Shown here piece by piece: positions 14,093 through 27,969 of a stretch of 64,000 nt of DNA (positions within the stretch are counted from its first letter, which is position 1; each line of letters begins with the position of its first letter). Origin of the DNA: the human T2T-CHM13v2.0 reference genome, Homo sapiens. The stretch is from assembly GCF_009914755.1 (NCBI RefSeq), contig NC_060926.1; one strand, given 5' to 3'. The notes beneath the pieces are model-generated. The model did no database searches. It saw only the letters and a list, made by a program, of their open reading frames with translations, and had not been told where the DNA came from. Both the position numbers and the translations under genes were made by a program.

Positions 14093-14174
14093 ATAAAAAT
14101 TTTTAAACTCTTTTGGGCAACTATAGCCTCATAGAGTGAGTGCCCAGCAACCTAGTGCCTGCTCTAGGAGGACA
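14088..14174 (-). repeat. Right arm of the ~88-bp inverted repeat
   Basis: CAAAAATAAAAATTTTAAACTCTTTTGGGCAACTATAGCCTCATAGAGTGAGTGCCCAGCAACCTAGTGCCTGCTCTAGGAGGACA; about 3 substitutions and a small indel versus 12523-12610. Confidence 0.9.
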
Positions 14175-14943
14175 TGATTTTTAATGCCTGAAAACTATTC
14201 CACCATGTGAGTTTATCATAATTATGTAGCTCATCCTCTTTGAGCAGATCTTTGCCTTTTTGCTATTTTAAACAGTGATGTAATGTAATGGACCCTTTGT
14301 GGAGACAAGTTTGTTCACATTAATGATTGCTTATAGAGAAGTAGAATTAACACGCATTATTTTAACCTCTTTACTATTTACTTCTGGATTGGATTCCATA
14401 ATATTTCTGAAAACTTACATTGCTTCTGACAGCGTGTGAGATGCCCAACACCACCCTCTGGGGTCGTGGGGATGGAGCAGTATCATGTCAGCGTGCGTGG
14501 CCTGGAAGTGCCTGATGCTCATGATCCTGCCCCCATTTCCTTTTGTGGAAGTAGTCACCCCTAGAAAGGGTTTGCCATTATTATTGTTTGTTGTGTAAAT
14601 GCTTGTCTTGGTGGGACAAGCATTTGCCTGGACACATGTCAATGGTGGAGCCAACCCTGAATGAGTTGGAACCACCACCAAGAGCTTTGGCCGACACACA
14701 TGATTTACTCCAAGAACTCTGCTGTGCCTGGAGGGGACCGTAAGAGTAGCTGAGATTCAGAGCTGTGTCCTGCTGCCCCACACGAGAACACAGAGCTAAT
14801 CAGTCACAGGACTGAAGGCTGCCCGTCACTCCCAGTGGCATCACTACTACTTACTAAACCACAGTTTGCCTGCCTTGTGGCTTATGGGGATGCACCTATG
14901 ATCCCAGAGACAGTATAATACCTAACGAACTAAAAGACTTGTT

Positions 14944-15199
14944 GGCCAGGTGCCATGGCTCACACCTGTAATCCCAGCACTTTGGGAGGCCAAGGTGGGA
15001 GAATTACTTGAGCCCAGGAATTCTAGACCAGCAAGACCCTATCTCTACAAAAAAAAAAAAAAAAATTATCCAGGCATGGTGGCACGTGGGAAGCTGAGGC
15101 GGGAGGATCACTTGAGCCCAGGTGTTTGAGGATGCAGTGAGCTATGATTGCACAACTGCACTCCAGCCTGAGCAACAGAGTGAAATCCTGTCTCAACAA
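14944..15199 (+). mobile_element. AluJ-type element with internal deletions
   Basis: GGCCAGGTGCCATGGCTCACACCTGTAATCCC...; TSD AAAAGACTTGT at 14932-14942 and 15200-15210. Confidence 0.9.
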
Positions 15200-18136
15200 A
15201 AAAGACTTGTCTTTGCTTGTTTTCCTTGCTTATTATGTTCCAGAAATAGAAATGCTTTGGTGAGATGCCAAGTGCCAGGACTTCATGGGTTTCTTTGTGA
15301 GGCCCCCATGCTGCCGATTTTCTATGTGACCATATTCACATAGCCAGGGCTGAGATGCCTGCACACCACAATGTGCATTGGAGAGTCGTGTCAGTCCTTG
15401 AATGCTTCATCATCGTGTTCAATGTCCAGAAGTTTCCTCTCTTTTAACACGGAATGTTGTGTGGCTTATGTTCTCAGCATGTTTTCACACCTATAGTCTC
15501 ATCTGCAAAAATGGAAAAATAGCAACCATGTGAGTGAGGCAGAGCAGGCCTTAATACATGCCATTTAAAAGATGAATAAAGAGTTCAAGAAAGGTTAAGC
15601 ACCATCTGCTGTTGGGTGGCTCGTTTGCAGTAGAGCTTGGACTAAAATCAAGCATTCTAGGAATGACTCCAGGATTTCTCCCACTCTTTTCCCAGGAAAA
15701 GACCCATGACTGCTTTTGTACAACTTGCTAGTATTAAATGAATTTCTTCCATTTAATTCAAAGACGTCATCGTAGGAATTTTTTCTGATAGATGTTCAAG
15801 CCCTTACATCACAGAAGGAGAACCCTGGTGTGCAGTGGCAGCGGAAGGCACCTCCCAGTGTCTTGAGTGAAGGTGCAAAGCAGCTCTCCCAGGGAAAACG
15901 CGGGGAGCCAGCAGGATGGGGCACAGGGTTCTCCATGATCCATGCGAGGGGCTGGGGGAGCTTCCATAGGAAGAGCACCAGAATGAGGGCCTTCCCCGCT
16001 CTGCTGCTCCACCTCTTTCTAGGGTGAGTTGAGAACAGCTGCATCCCGGGTGCCCAGGGTCAGGGGAGCTGCATGTCTCGGCCCTAAAAGCTCCTGGAGA
16101 TCTTGTTGGAAGTTAAGGCCATGTGCAGCCCTTCCTGCACTGGTTCCAGCTTGATAGGCCTTGGTCTGATCACACACTGGGGTTTAAGGATGTTTACAGT
16201 AGCATTTTGTTTTTAAATTACGAAATGTTGGGGACAACCTGAATGTCCACTAGTACAGAAATGGCTAAATGATTCATGTTATGTCATCCCAGGATTAGAT
16301 CTGTAGGGATTGATCTAAAATGGTATCTGTCAGAATGTGAGCAAGATTAAGTGAGATGATCTTTGTAAATCACTTTGCCTGTGCTTTTGACATACAGCAA
16401 GAGCTCAATAAGTAGTTAGTGCTATTATTATTCATAATGCCTTTAAATTGTAGCTGATCCTATCCAAATTTGAGATCCATGATTGCCTACAATTTGAATA
16501 CCAGTGTAAACTGTTTTACAAATTAAATGTGGCATAAGCTTTTGCCAAGTCCAAAAATTCAATGTCTAAATGTTTTACTAAGTCATTTAGCCTTAGTTTA
16601 TGATACAGTAATACAGAGCAGAAAGACCTAGCTTCTGTAAATTATTCTTTCACAGAATTTCTGTTTTGATCAAAATATATTAATGGGAAAATTGAAGAAG
16701 CTTCCCAAGAGATTTTGATTTATGTAGAAATTTACTTAAAATTAATTAGAATACCATAATATACATTTAATATTGTAATAGAAATGATTTTTAAAATACT
16801 TCAATATAATGAATTTGAAGTTGCATTTCATTAAATGGAGGGACAAGGACAATTAGATTAGGAACAAATGCTCTTGGGGTCTTGGCTTTCAATGACTGTG
16901 CCATGTTGGTTTAATGAGAAAAGTGTCCTTGGTCTTAATTCAATGGAAGGACTTCTATTATAGTACACCATTGAGATTTCTGGTTTGTAATCTCAAGTTG
17001 TAGAGATTTAGGCAGATTTGCTAGGAACAGATGAATCCCAATTCAATGTTTTTTTCCCCCCATGAAGGATCTGTTTCAATTCTGCTCTTTCAGTGGGCCT
17101 ATCCTGGACTAAACAACAAGTGTACCATTCATTTAGACCACATTTTTGTCATGGAAGAGAAGGATGTGATTTGCTGAGTTGAATTTTTTAGATCACTGAA
17201 GCCTACCAATGAATCTAACTCAAAGGATGTTTTAAAATTAATTTCTTAATATACATTTTAACAAAGTGTTTTACATGATTTCCTGCCTTACTGAAAAGCC
17301 TGGAGAATAAAATTTAACTTTGTCCAGGTGACTCAAGCTTAGGCTGCAGTACTTTGGGCTGGCTGAACCAATACTCACTTCCACTATACTTCTTAGTGAT
17401 CTTGCCAATGGCGAGACCACTGTTTGCCGTTTGCTGTTGACCTGTCAGGAACACATTTGGAAGCTTCTGCTTCCATTTTTAAAAAAGTACCCTATAATTC
17501 ATGCTCATTGTAGAAAAATGAGAAAATATATGTAATTTAAAAGAAAAACATATTCATAATCCTATCATTCAGAGATTAACCACTGTTTTTCCATATGCTT
17601 TTGACATGTACACATATACCTACATACATGTATATACTCCTAGCTTTATAAATGTATTTATTTAAACAAAATGGGAGCATAATCTACATTTTTTTCAAAA
17701 CTCCTTTCTATTTAATGATGTATCATGAAATCTCTACATGTCAAGCAATATATTCCTGTAATACTTTTTAGTGGATTTAGAATGTTGCATTAAGAGATGT
17801 ATAACATATGTTTTTAAAACCAGCCTTCTTTTGCTTGAGATTTAGAGAACCTTTTTATATGTCCTACTAAACTGCTCTCCTGAGAGATTATACCAAGTTA
17901 AATCTGTGCCCATTGTGAGACTGGATGTTTCCCACACCTCCCAAACACTGTGTGTTATCCTTAATTTTCCCAACACATTGCCATGCTGGTGCCATAGCTT
18001 TGTGGAAATATCATGGGCTCTGTAATTCGGACAAATTAACTTCTCTGATGCTCAGTTAATGGGTATGGCTGTATCTAAGAAATAGGGGTTAAATGTAATT
18101 ATGCATGTATTCTGCTCATCACAACATCCTAAACTT

Positions 18137-18180
18137 TCCATCCATCCATCCATCCATCCATCCATCCATCCATTCATCCA
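18137..18180. repeat. (TCCA)n microsatellite
   Basis: About 9 perfect TCCA units plus TTCA TCCA. Confidence 0.95.
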
Positions 18181-18279
18181 ATTTAATCTGAATGCTTGTG
18201 TATTTGGAAGTGTTTGCTTTCCTGTGGCTGATTATGCCAGAGCAGCAACACAAAACCAAATAATATGTGTATGTGTACT

Positions 18280-19290
18280 AAGCCCAACGGTTTTTTCACT
18301 AAATACTTCTTGAGCACTGGTTATGTACCAGGTACTATTTGAAGCAGTTGTACAAAAAGGAAAAACATCTCTGCCCTCAGGGAGCCTGCATTTCAGGTGG
18401 TGAGACAGATAATAAACAAAATCTATACAATATAGAGTATGTGGGGGATATGAAATGTCATGCTGGGGGCTGTTTGATTTTAGGATGACCAGGTGGTCTT
18501 CACTGAGGAGGTGACTTTTGAGTCCAGACTCAAAGAAGTGAGGGAGCTGCCTATTTAGATATCTTGGGCAAAAGCATCCTGAGAGGGAGAACCGACGGTG
18601 CAAAGGACACTGGCCTGTTGTTCAGGGAGTGACATGGACCTTGAGCAAGAGTGTTTGGGTGCCATGTTGATAGCCATGAGTTAGGAGGCTGCTGCAATGA
18701 TCCAGGCAAGGGACAGTGGGGATTTAGATCATTGTGGTGGCGTTGGTGATTATGAATTCACGCTGGGAGTCAGTGTGGGCAGAACAAAGGGAGTTCCGAT
18801 GACAGGGTCCTGGAATGCTTAGAGGGCAGGGAGGTGAGAAGGAGCAGAGAGGGCTGGAGAAAGTCCAGGTGAGTGCAGGATGCTGGGTGATGAGAGACAG
18901 GGTGGGCCATCTGTGTCAAACGCTGCTGACCAGACAAGGAAGATGAAGACTGAGATGCTGACCAGACAAGGGAGATGAAGACTGAGATGCTGACCAGAAA
19001 AGGAAGATGAAGACTGAGATGGGACCATTGGATTTAGTAATATGGAGGTCGTGGGCAGAAAAGAATAGAAGAGAGATGGGAGATACAAACTGCTCTTTAA
19101 ATGAGTTTTGCTCTAAAGGAAGGAGAGAAATGTAGAGGTAACTGGAGGGGGAAACAGAGCGAAGAGAGTTTTTCTAAGAAGTGACATCATGTACGTGATG
19201 ATGGGAGTAGCCATTGCAGAGGGAAAATTGATGATGTAGGACAAAATAGGGAGAATTACTTGAGAAATGGCCTTGGGTGGGTGAGGAAGA
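18280..19290 (-). mobile_element. Degenerate L2 LINE fragments
   Basis: L2-like phrases (TGAGCACTGGTTATGTACCAGG, GCCCTCAGGGAGCCTGCATT, CCATTGGATTTAG). Boundaries approximate. Confidence 0.6.
18925..19020. repeat. 32-bp tandem repeat x3 (GCTGACCAGACAAGGAAGATGAAGACTGAGAT)
   Basis: Three near-identical copies at 18925, 18957 and 18989. Confidence 0.92.
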
Positions 19291-19649
19291 TATTATGAAG
19301 AATAATAATTGCTGTCTCTATAGGACCTGCCTATTCTGGACATTTTATGTAAATAGACTCAGACAACGTGTGGCCTTTTGCATGTGGTTTCTCTTAGCAT
19401 ATTTTCAAGGTTCATCCATGTTGTAGTGTGTATCAGGGATTCGTTCCTTTCTAAGGCTGAATTCCATTCTATTGTATGGATCCACCATATTTTGTTTACC
19501 CATCCATCAGGTGGTGAACATTTGGGCCTTGTTGGTCATAGCCCTGCTGATAGGGGTGAGGTGGTCCTCTTTCTCAGGAAAGAAAATTGTTTCTTTCCTT
19601 CTCTTCTGAAGCTCTTCTCTTCTCATTTTCTATGACTGTTTTTTCTTTT

Positions 19650-20756
19650 ATTTGTGGGACTGTTGTCATTGCCTGTCTTTTGAACACTGCTGTTTTGTAG
19701 GGTGCTCTCCAATTCATTTTCTCTTCTAGTTCAGGCCACCCCCACTCCATTCTCTCCATTACTTCCATAATCATCCATGTGCCAAAGACCCCCAGGTCTC
19801 TCTCAAAGTCAGGACCCACATCTCTAGGACTCTGTCACTTGGATGTCCCAAAGACATCTCAAACTCAGCATGTCCAAGTTTGAACTCATTGGCCTCTGAC
19901 TCCAAACCCAATTGTTATTTTGTGTTTCCTATTCCAGAAGATGGAACTGCCCACCCAGCTCCTAAACCCAGAAACGTGAGCATTTTTCTCAACCCTTCAC
20001 TCTCCCAGCAATGCCCCCAGTCCCTCCCTGCCCACCCATCCCACCTCCTGATCGTCTCTGGAGTCAGCTCACCTGCTGTCATGTTGGCTGCTCCTAGCCT
20101 TGTTGAGGCTGCCAAGTTTGGTCACCTGGAAGGAGTCCCATGCCTTCCGCTGGTCTCCTTGCTTCCAACCTTGTCCCTTTCCCATGTGATCACGTCACTT
20201 CCCTTGTTCACATACATTAAGTCACTCCTCTTGGCTCCAGGGAGGTGAAGTCTGCACTAGTTACCATGACGTTTAAGGCCCTTCTTGATCTGGCCCCTGT
20301 GTTCTTCTCCAGTCTTGCCTCTCACTGCTCCTCCCTCTGTGTCTAGGATCCAGTCCTTGATGGATTTTCAGTTTCCCAAAGGCCTCTTCATGCGCCTATC
20401 CTCAAGCCAGGGTTTTGTGCATGCTGTTCCTTCTGCCTTGTTTAACTCAACTGACTGTTTTCTGCTTATAATTTAGGTCTCAACCTAACGGCCTCTTCCT
20501 CCAGGAGGCCTCCTTTCTCCCTAGTGAGGGTCAGATGTTCCTCTCCCATGCTTCCATGGCACCCATGCTGGCCTCAGCAGAGCCCCTGGCACCTGGCACT
20601 GTAATTGCTTGTTGACTTGTCTGTGTCCCTCTGTGCTCCCAGCCCTCTGAGGCCAGGAGTGGTGTTGGTCTTTTCCACCACTGCATTCTAACTCAGCACA
20701 GTTCCTACCATCAGAGGTGGGTCCTCTATGAATAGGTCTTGAATAAATGAATGAAG
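19650..20756 (+). mobile_element. Degenerate L2 LINE including its 3' end
   Basis: CATCTCAAACTCAGCATGTCCAA-type L2 core; terminal GAATAAATGAATGAA. Boundaries approximate. Confidence 0.65.
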
Positions 20757-21296
20757 CAGTGATTGAGTACTTACGGGAAGGCTGGTGGCTGGCAGGATCT
20801 TAGGGGCAGGTATTCTCCTCTCCTTGGTTCTTCTGTGGATTGGCCTAGATGAGGTCTTGCTTCTGAGTGGGGCTGACCAGGCCAACCACAGGCTCCACAA
20901 ACCGTCTGGCTGTCTGATTCTATGGGACGGCTTCTCTGGCTCTTAGAGTCAGCAATTTTGGAGGCATGGAGAGCATCAGTTCTCCTTATATTTTTTAGCA
21001 GGGAGTGCCTCTGTGGGTGCATGATACATAAATCAAGTGTGTGGCTGTTTCTATCAATGAGATTCACGTGGCCAGACCCCAGGTTGGTCCCAAGGAGTGA
21101 ACCTCACCTGTGTTCAGCTCTGGGACATGCCTGGCTGATGCTCTCTGAGAAAGTCCAGGGCCTTGTGGACTAGGGGGCAGCATACAAAAGATGGGGGTCT
21201 GTTTTCATCGCCATGCAGTTAACACTGGAAATGAGCAGGCCCTCACTGAGCATACACTCTGAAACAAGCTCTGTGCTGGGTGGAGGCTTTTCCTAT

Positions 21297-21952
<656 letters not shown>

Positions 21953-23199
21953 AGCTGTTTTCATTTTCCAGGGGCTCTTTCCCGCTGCCTCCCAAGCCTC
22001 TGGCTGTCCACATTGGGTGTAATTCTGCTTCCTCATTCCGAGCTGGAGCTGCTTTCTTTCTCTTTCCTGCCTTTTCTAGTATGCTGAAGGGTCACCGTGA
22101 AGATTAGAGTTGACGTGGGTTGGAGGCCATGATAATGGGGATGGGGCAGCCATGTCAGGCATCCCCCTGCCTCTGGAGCCCATCCCACAGGGGGTTCGAC
22201 GGGGCTTTGCCTGATGTCTTGGAATGTCGGTGGACACTCCCCGTGTTCTAAAGTGTCAGGTGTAAAAACATGAGAGAGGCTTCAGGTACCAAACCAGCCT
22301 CCGACATCACCCTTAAACCTTATATAAGGACTGTAAGTAAGTTTATTGAATGAAGAAACTATAGACAGTAGTGGATGCTGTGGCATTTTCTCTCTCCTCC
22401 CTGTGGGTGCCTCATGCTCCTTCAAATCAGAGGCGAGGCTCCAGAGAATAGCTCAGAGCTCTGGGATGCTGGAGGAGGGACCAGGTCGGATGCTGCAGGG
22501 TAAAGCACCTCTTGAGAGGGTGAGGGTGTGCTTGGGACGACCCAGCCCGTGTGCCAGGGGTTTGGGTTTGCAGGTGAGTGTGCAGGTGGCACCTGCTTCC
22601 ATCATCCTCAAAGCACCTGAAGGATGGTGGGCTCTGTGTTGCCTGTGAAGACAGCATGGGGAGGCAGCAGCTGTGGAAACTGCACTTGTCCCCTCTGGGG
22701 AGCTGGTGTGGCAAAGGTGTGTGTCTTTCCTTGGGAGGCAAATGGATGCCTTAGAAGGTGGCCAGACTTGAGTTGTTTAAGAATCGTTGCCAGCCATGGT
22801 AAGGGTCTGTGAGGACGTAGCAAAACGTTGTGGTTTGAAGCAAGAGTCAGCTGCGGAAAGTATCAGAAACATTCTGCATCAGGAACAGTCCAGCATGGAG
22901 TCTCTGTGAGGTTTTCAGAGGAACTCACTAAAGCCTGCACTCTCCCTGCCTCCCTAAAGAGCCACATTTGGACACCTGCCGAGGAAGAGGACATAGGAGG
23001 TCAGATGACAGTAGCTCCAGTTGTATTAGACACTCTTTTGTTCTGATGCCAAGATGAGGAGGAGGTCGAAGGCAGAGTAAAATACTGTGAAACAATGAAA
23101 TAACCATGTACCCTTCCCACATGCAGCTGGGTCAGGCTTGAGCTAAGGGGAGAAACTCTCAATGGGATGTAGGATTAGGATTTAAATTGGACTGGGCAG

Positions 23200-23840
23200 G
23201 ACATTCTCTATGTCTGCTGAGATGATCAGATGATTTCCCATTTTTAGTTTGTTAATATTATGAATTACATGAATTGATTTTCAAATATGGAGCCAACCTT
23301 GCATTCCTGGGGCAAACCCCACTTGATCATAGAGTATCCTTTTTATACTTGTTGAATTGTTGTCTTGGTGGAAAGGTATTTGGAAGATCTTGTCTAGAAT
23401 TGGTATTGTTTCTTCCTTAAATGTTTGATAGAATTTACCAGTGGAGCTATCTGGGCCTAGCGTTGTCTTTGTGTGAAGAGTTTGAACTACAAATTCAACT
23501 CTTCAGTAAATATAGGGCTCTTCAGGTTATTTCTTCTTGAGTAAACTTTGCTAGTTTTTGTCTTTTGATTCGTTCATTTCGTTTAAGTTGTTGAATCTGT
23601 TGGCATGAAGTTGTTTATAACATTCTCTTATTCTATTAATATCTGTAGACTCAAGTGATGTTGCCTCTCTCATTCCTGATATTATTTGTGTCTTCTATTT
23701 TTCCTATATGTCCCTCTACAGGTTTATTAATTTTATTGAACTTCTCAAAGAGCCAGCTTTTGGCTCATTGTTTTTCTCTATTTTTTTCCCTGTTTTCTAT
23801 TTCATTGCATCTGTTCTAGTTTTTATTCTTCCTATTGTGT
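23200..23840 (-). mobile_element. Old L1M fragment (ORF2 region)
   Basis: T-rich antisense L1 phrases (CCAACCTTGCATTCCTGGG, TAGAATTTACCAGTG, TCAAAGAGCCAGCTTTTGG). Boundaries approximate. Confidence 0.7.
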
Positions 23841-24156
23841 AGGGAGGCATGTGTCTCTTTGGGGAACCCTGCAGCACCTGCTGCAGGGTTGTTCAGCAGA
23901 GCCTTTTCTGTGAATTCATCCTGCATGGTGCTGAATATATGAGAGTTGATCAAAACAATTTGCTTCATATGAGATCCTCCTGTAGTGAAGTCCTTTCCTG
24001 ATGCTAGATTCTCGCAGGCTTTTAGTTGGATATTTTGTGTGGAAGGGGCCATGGAGGGTATGTTCATGGAGGGTAGTTGGAGCAGCATTGGAGAGGTGGA
24101 GAGAACAGAGACTTTGGAGCCCAAGACAAAACAACAAAGCCACAATAATTGCTGTT

Positions 24157-24571
24157 TGATATGGTTTTGCTATGTCCCCACCCAAATCTTATCTTGTAAC
24201 TTCTACGGTTCCCATGTGCCGTGGGAAGAACTCCCACAATTGAATTGTAACTCTTAAAATTCCTATGTGTCATGAGAGGAACCAAGTGGGAGGGATTGAA
24301 TTATGGGGGCAGGTCTTTCCTGTGCTGTTCTCGTGATAGTGAATGAGTTCATGAGATCTGATGGTTTTAAAAAAATGGGAGTTGCCCTGCACAAGCTCTC
24401 TTTGCCTGTCGCCATCTATGTAAGATGTGACTTGCTCCTCTTTTGCCTTCCTCCATGATTGTGAGGCCTCTCCAGCCATAGGGAACTATAAGTCCAATTA
24501 AACCTCTTTCTTTTGTAAATTGCCCAGTCTCTGGTATGTCTTTATCAGCAGCGTGAAAACAAACTAATACA
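24157..24571 (+). mobile_element. Solo THE1 (MaLR) LTR with 5-bp TSD
   Basis: TGATATGGTTTTGCTATGTCCCCACCCAAATCT...GTATGTCTTTATCAGCAGCGTGAAAACAAACTAATACA; CTGTT at 24152-24156 and 24572-24576. Confidence 0.92.
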
Positions 24572-27500
24572 CTGTTATCAACTGAATCCTCATTACAGTC
24601 ATTTGCTAAGCACTTGACAATGTGTTATCTCATTTCGTGTTACTCACTTTGGAGGCAACAACTTTATGAGGTGTGCACTACTGCTATTAGCATTGCATGC
24701 AGGAGGCAGCTGAGGCTCAGGGAGGTTATACAACTTGATCAAGGCCACACAGCTAGTAAGTGGCAGAGCCAGTACTGGGATCCTGGATGATCCAAAGCAC
24801 AGGCTCCTGAGTACTAAGCTACATGGGTATGGATTTCAGGACTCATTTTGCTAAAAAGTAAAATAAAATGTTTTTTGATGGCTTATCATGGCCAGGACAC
24901 TTAATAGCTGTATGTTGTTGGGAAGATGATATAACCTCTCTGATTCTTTGTTACCTAGATATTTTGCCTGGTTATGTTGAGGGTTAGGTATGAATGCAGG
25001 TAAAGAGTCTACTGCAATGCTTGATCCATGGTGGGTATTCAATAACCTGTAGTTGCTCCTTGGGGGAGATACACCTGTGGTCATCTTGAGTCTTCCGTCT
25101 TTGATTTAGATTTGGTTGAATTGCCTTGGTTGAAGAGGTCTAAAGCTCATGGCGTCCTTCAGCCTCTCAGGACAGATGACTGATGTGAGTCTTTGGCTCT
25201 GACAAGTGTGAATGAGGCTGTCATCACCATCAGATACATAAGCTTGACATTGTTCAGGAGATTATTTTATGAAGTACAGAGAAAAAAATCCAGAATCACA
25301 TTATTTGATTGCTGGAGTTATTTAATTAGGCAGGTGATAGCAGGGTTAATGAATCATTAACACCTCAAAAGAGCAATTAGCTCATTGTTTCCATAATTTT
25401 ATGCAATGAAGCAGAAAGCTGGTACTTAGGGTGGCTGTATTTTAATAGAATTTTGCAGAGGATAATTTCCGTTGTTTTGTTTTCAAACTAGGTCTGTAAA
25501 TTCATGTTCATTGTTGGTACCCATGGCATTAGTTTTGTTACCATGAGTATGCAGGTGTATATAATTTTATATATAGTATGATAATAGGGTAGAATGGATG
25601 CAGGTGTGCATTTCCACCTTCTTCCATGGCCTCTCTTTTCCTGGAATCCTTTTCAGAGCATCAGAGCTGTTTTTCCCTAGTCATGGTAGCATTCACTCAT
25701 CCATTATTCGTTTGTCTTCATGAAATAGTTATTGAATTCCTGTTAGGGGTCACTCATCGTTCAGGCACTGAAGGTACTTGGTTGAACACGACAACCAGGG
25801 TCCCTGCTCTCAGAAGCTTCCATTCTACAAAGGACGATGGAAGCAAATACACAAACAAGAAAGCAGAGGCAGGATGAAGTGCTTGGATGAAAGTAACTGC
25901 AGGTGTGTGACTGGGCAGGGAGGGCTTCTGTGAGGAGCTGACGTCGAAGTGACTTCTTAAAGTAAGAGGGGCAAACCAGACAAAGATCCGTGAGTATGTT
26001 CCAGGCTCAGGTCCTGTGTAGGAATGGGCTGATGTTTCAGGAACTGCAAGAATGCAAGCATGGCCAGAGAGCAGGGAGGCTGGGAGGGGTGCAGAGACAT
26101 GGCAGAGAGGCAGCCAGTGCCAGCTTGCATGGCCCGAGGCTCAGTGTGAGGGGTAGGTAGAGTAAGGGCAGGCCTTACTGAGGGACATCACACTGCCTTC
26201 TGACTTGTGTTTACAAAGGCTACTTTGCTTGCCATGAGGGAAGGATTGTCTCGGGGCAGGGGAGAGATGGTGGAGGCAGTGAGGAGTGAAGGGTCCGTGG
26301 TGTGGCTTTGAAGTGGAGCTGACGGATGCGCAGATGGCATAAAGGATGAGAAGACTCAAGAACGCCTCCCAGATTTTGTAGTTGAACAAATGGGGCCGGG
26401 GTGGCACCATTTTCTGAGATGGGGAAGCCTGGGTTGATCCACTGGCTATGGATAAAATCAGCAATTCTATTTGAGCCATAACAAGATAGAGGTACCTGAA
26501 CAGCCCCCCTTCCCCCTTCTCTGTCTCTCTGTGTGTTTCTGTGTGTTTCTGTGTGTTTGTGTGTGTGTGGCACTCTCATTTATTGAATTGAATATTTATT
26601 ACTGTGTTATAGGTATTGCATTGTGCCTTTTATGAAATGTTCTCATTGTTATCTCAATATTATTCTCATAAGAACTCTGTAACGCACGATGAGATCCATT
26701 CTAAAAATTAATCAGCTGCTGCTCAGAGAAGTGTAGCTGCTTCTCCAGACCACATGGACGGTAAGACGTAGAGCTGGGATTTGAATTCAGATTTGACCAA
26801 TTCCAAAGCCTGGGGTCTTCCCGTCTGCCAGGCTGCTTCTGAGATTCACTGTGTTCTCGCTGCCTCTCGTGCAGCTCTCTATTCTGACGAAAGGCATTGT
26901 AGGATCCCAGGGAGGTGCCAGAGTGGCCTCTCTGCAGTGACTGTGGCTGTCTTGGTTCCTCTCACCCTTCTTCCAAAGCCCCCATGAGACACACCTCCCT
27001 GGTCTCCTTCAGGGACAGAAGACCCAGAGTAACTCCTGTCCCCTCTCCTCTTTTAAAACACAGTTCTGTTAATGAGGTGTGCAGCTCCTTCTCTCTCACT
27101 GTGCATCTGGGGTGCATGGCTTGGGTGCTGTCCTTGGCCATGGCACTTTCGTAGATGACATTTACTCAACGTGGGGTGATGTCGTCGAGCTCCTGTAACA
27201 TTAATAGGTTAAGTGGTTTGTCTCGTGGTTTTGTGTGTGTTGTGAAACCTGGCTGGGGTCTGGGTGTCGAGAAGCAGGGCCCCAGGAGGACCCTCCCTGC
27301 TGGGCCAGGCATGAAAAGTTACTACCACTGTGTCTGACTTGGGGAGCAGAGCTCCCCAGTTGTTGGCCTGACATTGGTGTGGGCAAGTGGGTAGGCAGCA
27401 GACCCCTGGCAGAGGTGAGGTTCAAGAGCTGAGTCCCAGGGCAGAGCTGGGAAGTGAGGGAGGGACACGTTTGCCCCACCTGAACTCCTTGTTGGCAGTG

Positions 27501-27969
27501 GACTCAGATGCTGAGCTGCTGGAACCTCTTCTGTGCTAAGTTGGGTCTGGGTTGGGAAGGGAGAGGGGGCTGCAGCTTGGAGGGGAGGGTGTGGATTAGC
27601 AGCGTTAGGTGTGGAAGGAGGCCCTATTGACAGGTTCAGGCCCCCGACCTTCTGGGGGATGGGGTGCAGGTAGGGCCCGCACCATGGTGTCTATGCTGGG
27701 AGTTTCCTGGGTGGGTGTGAAGTAGGCAGTAGGAAGGACACCAAATGAATTTGGCTTAGTGCCGGCGGGGGCGATGATCGATTCTGATGTCAGCTTAGGG
27801 GTGGCTTCCCAGCGCTGGGCCTTGGAAGGGCAGTGTACATGTGCCCTGGAGGTGGAGAGGCTGTGGGGGCTCGAGCAGAGACCCTCGTTGTGCAGCAGAG
27901 GCCCCGGGAAGCACATGGACTGGCTGGGGGCCAGGGTGGCTGAAGGAGCATAACATGGAGGGTGTAGGG

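Noticed and set aside
15792-16023. Possible cryptic exon (tttctgatag ... GG|gtgagt)
   Set aside because: 232 nt would frameshift, shows no homology, and such site pairs are common by chance.
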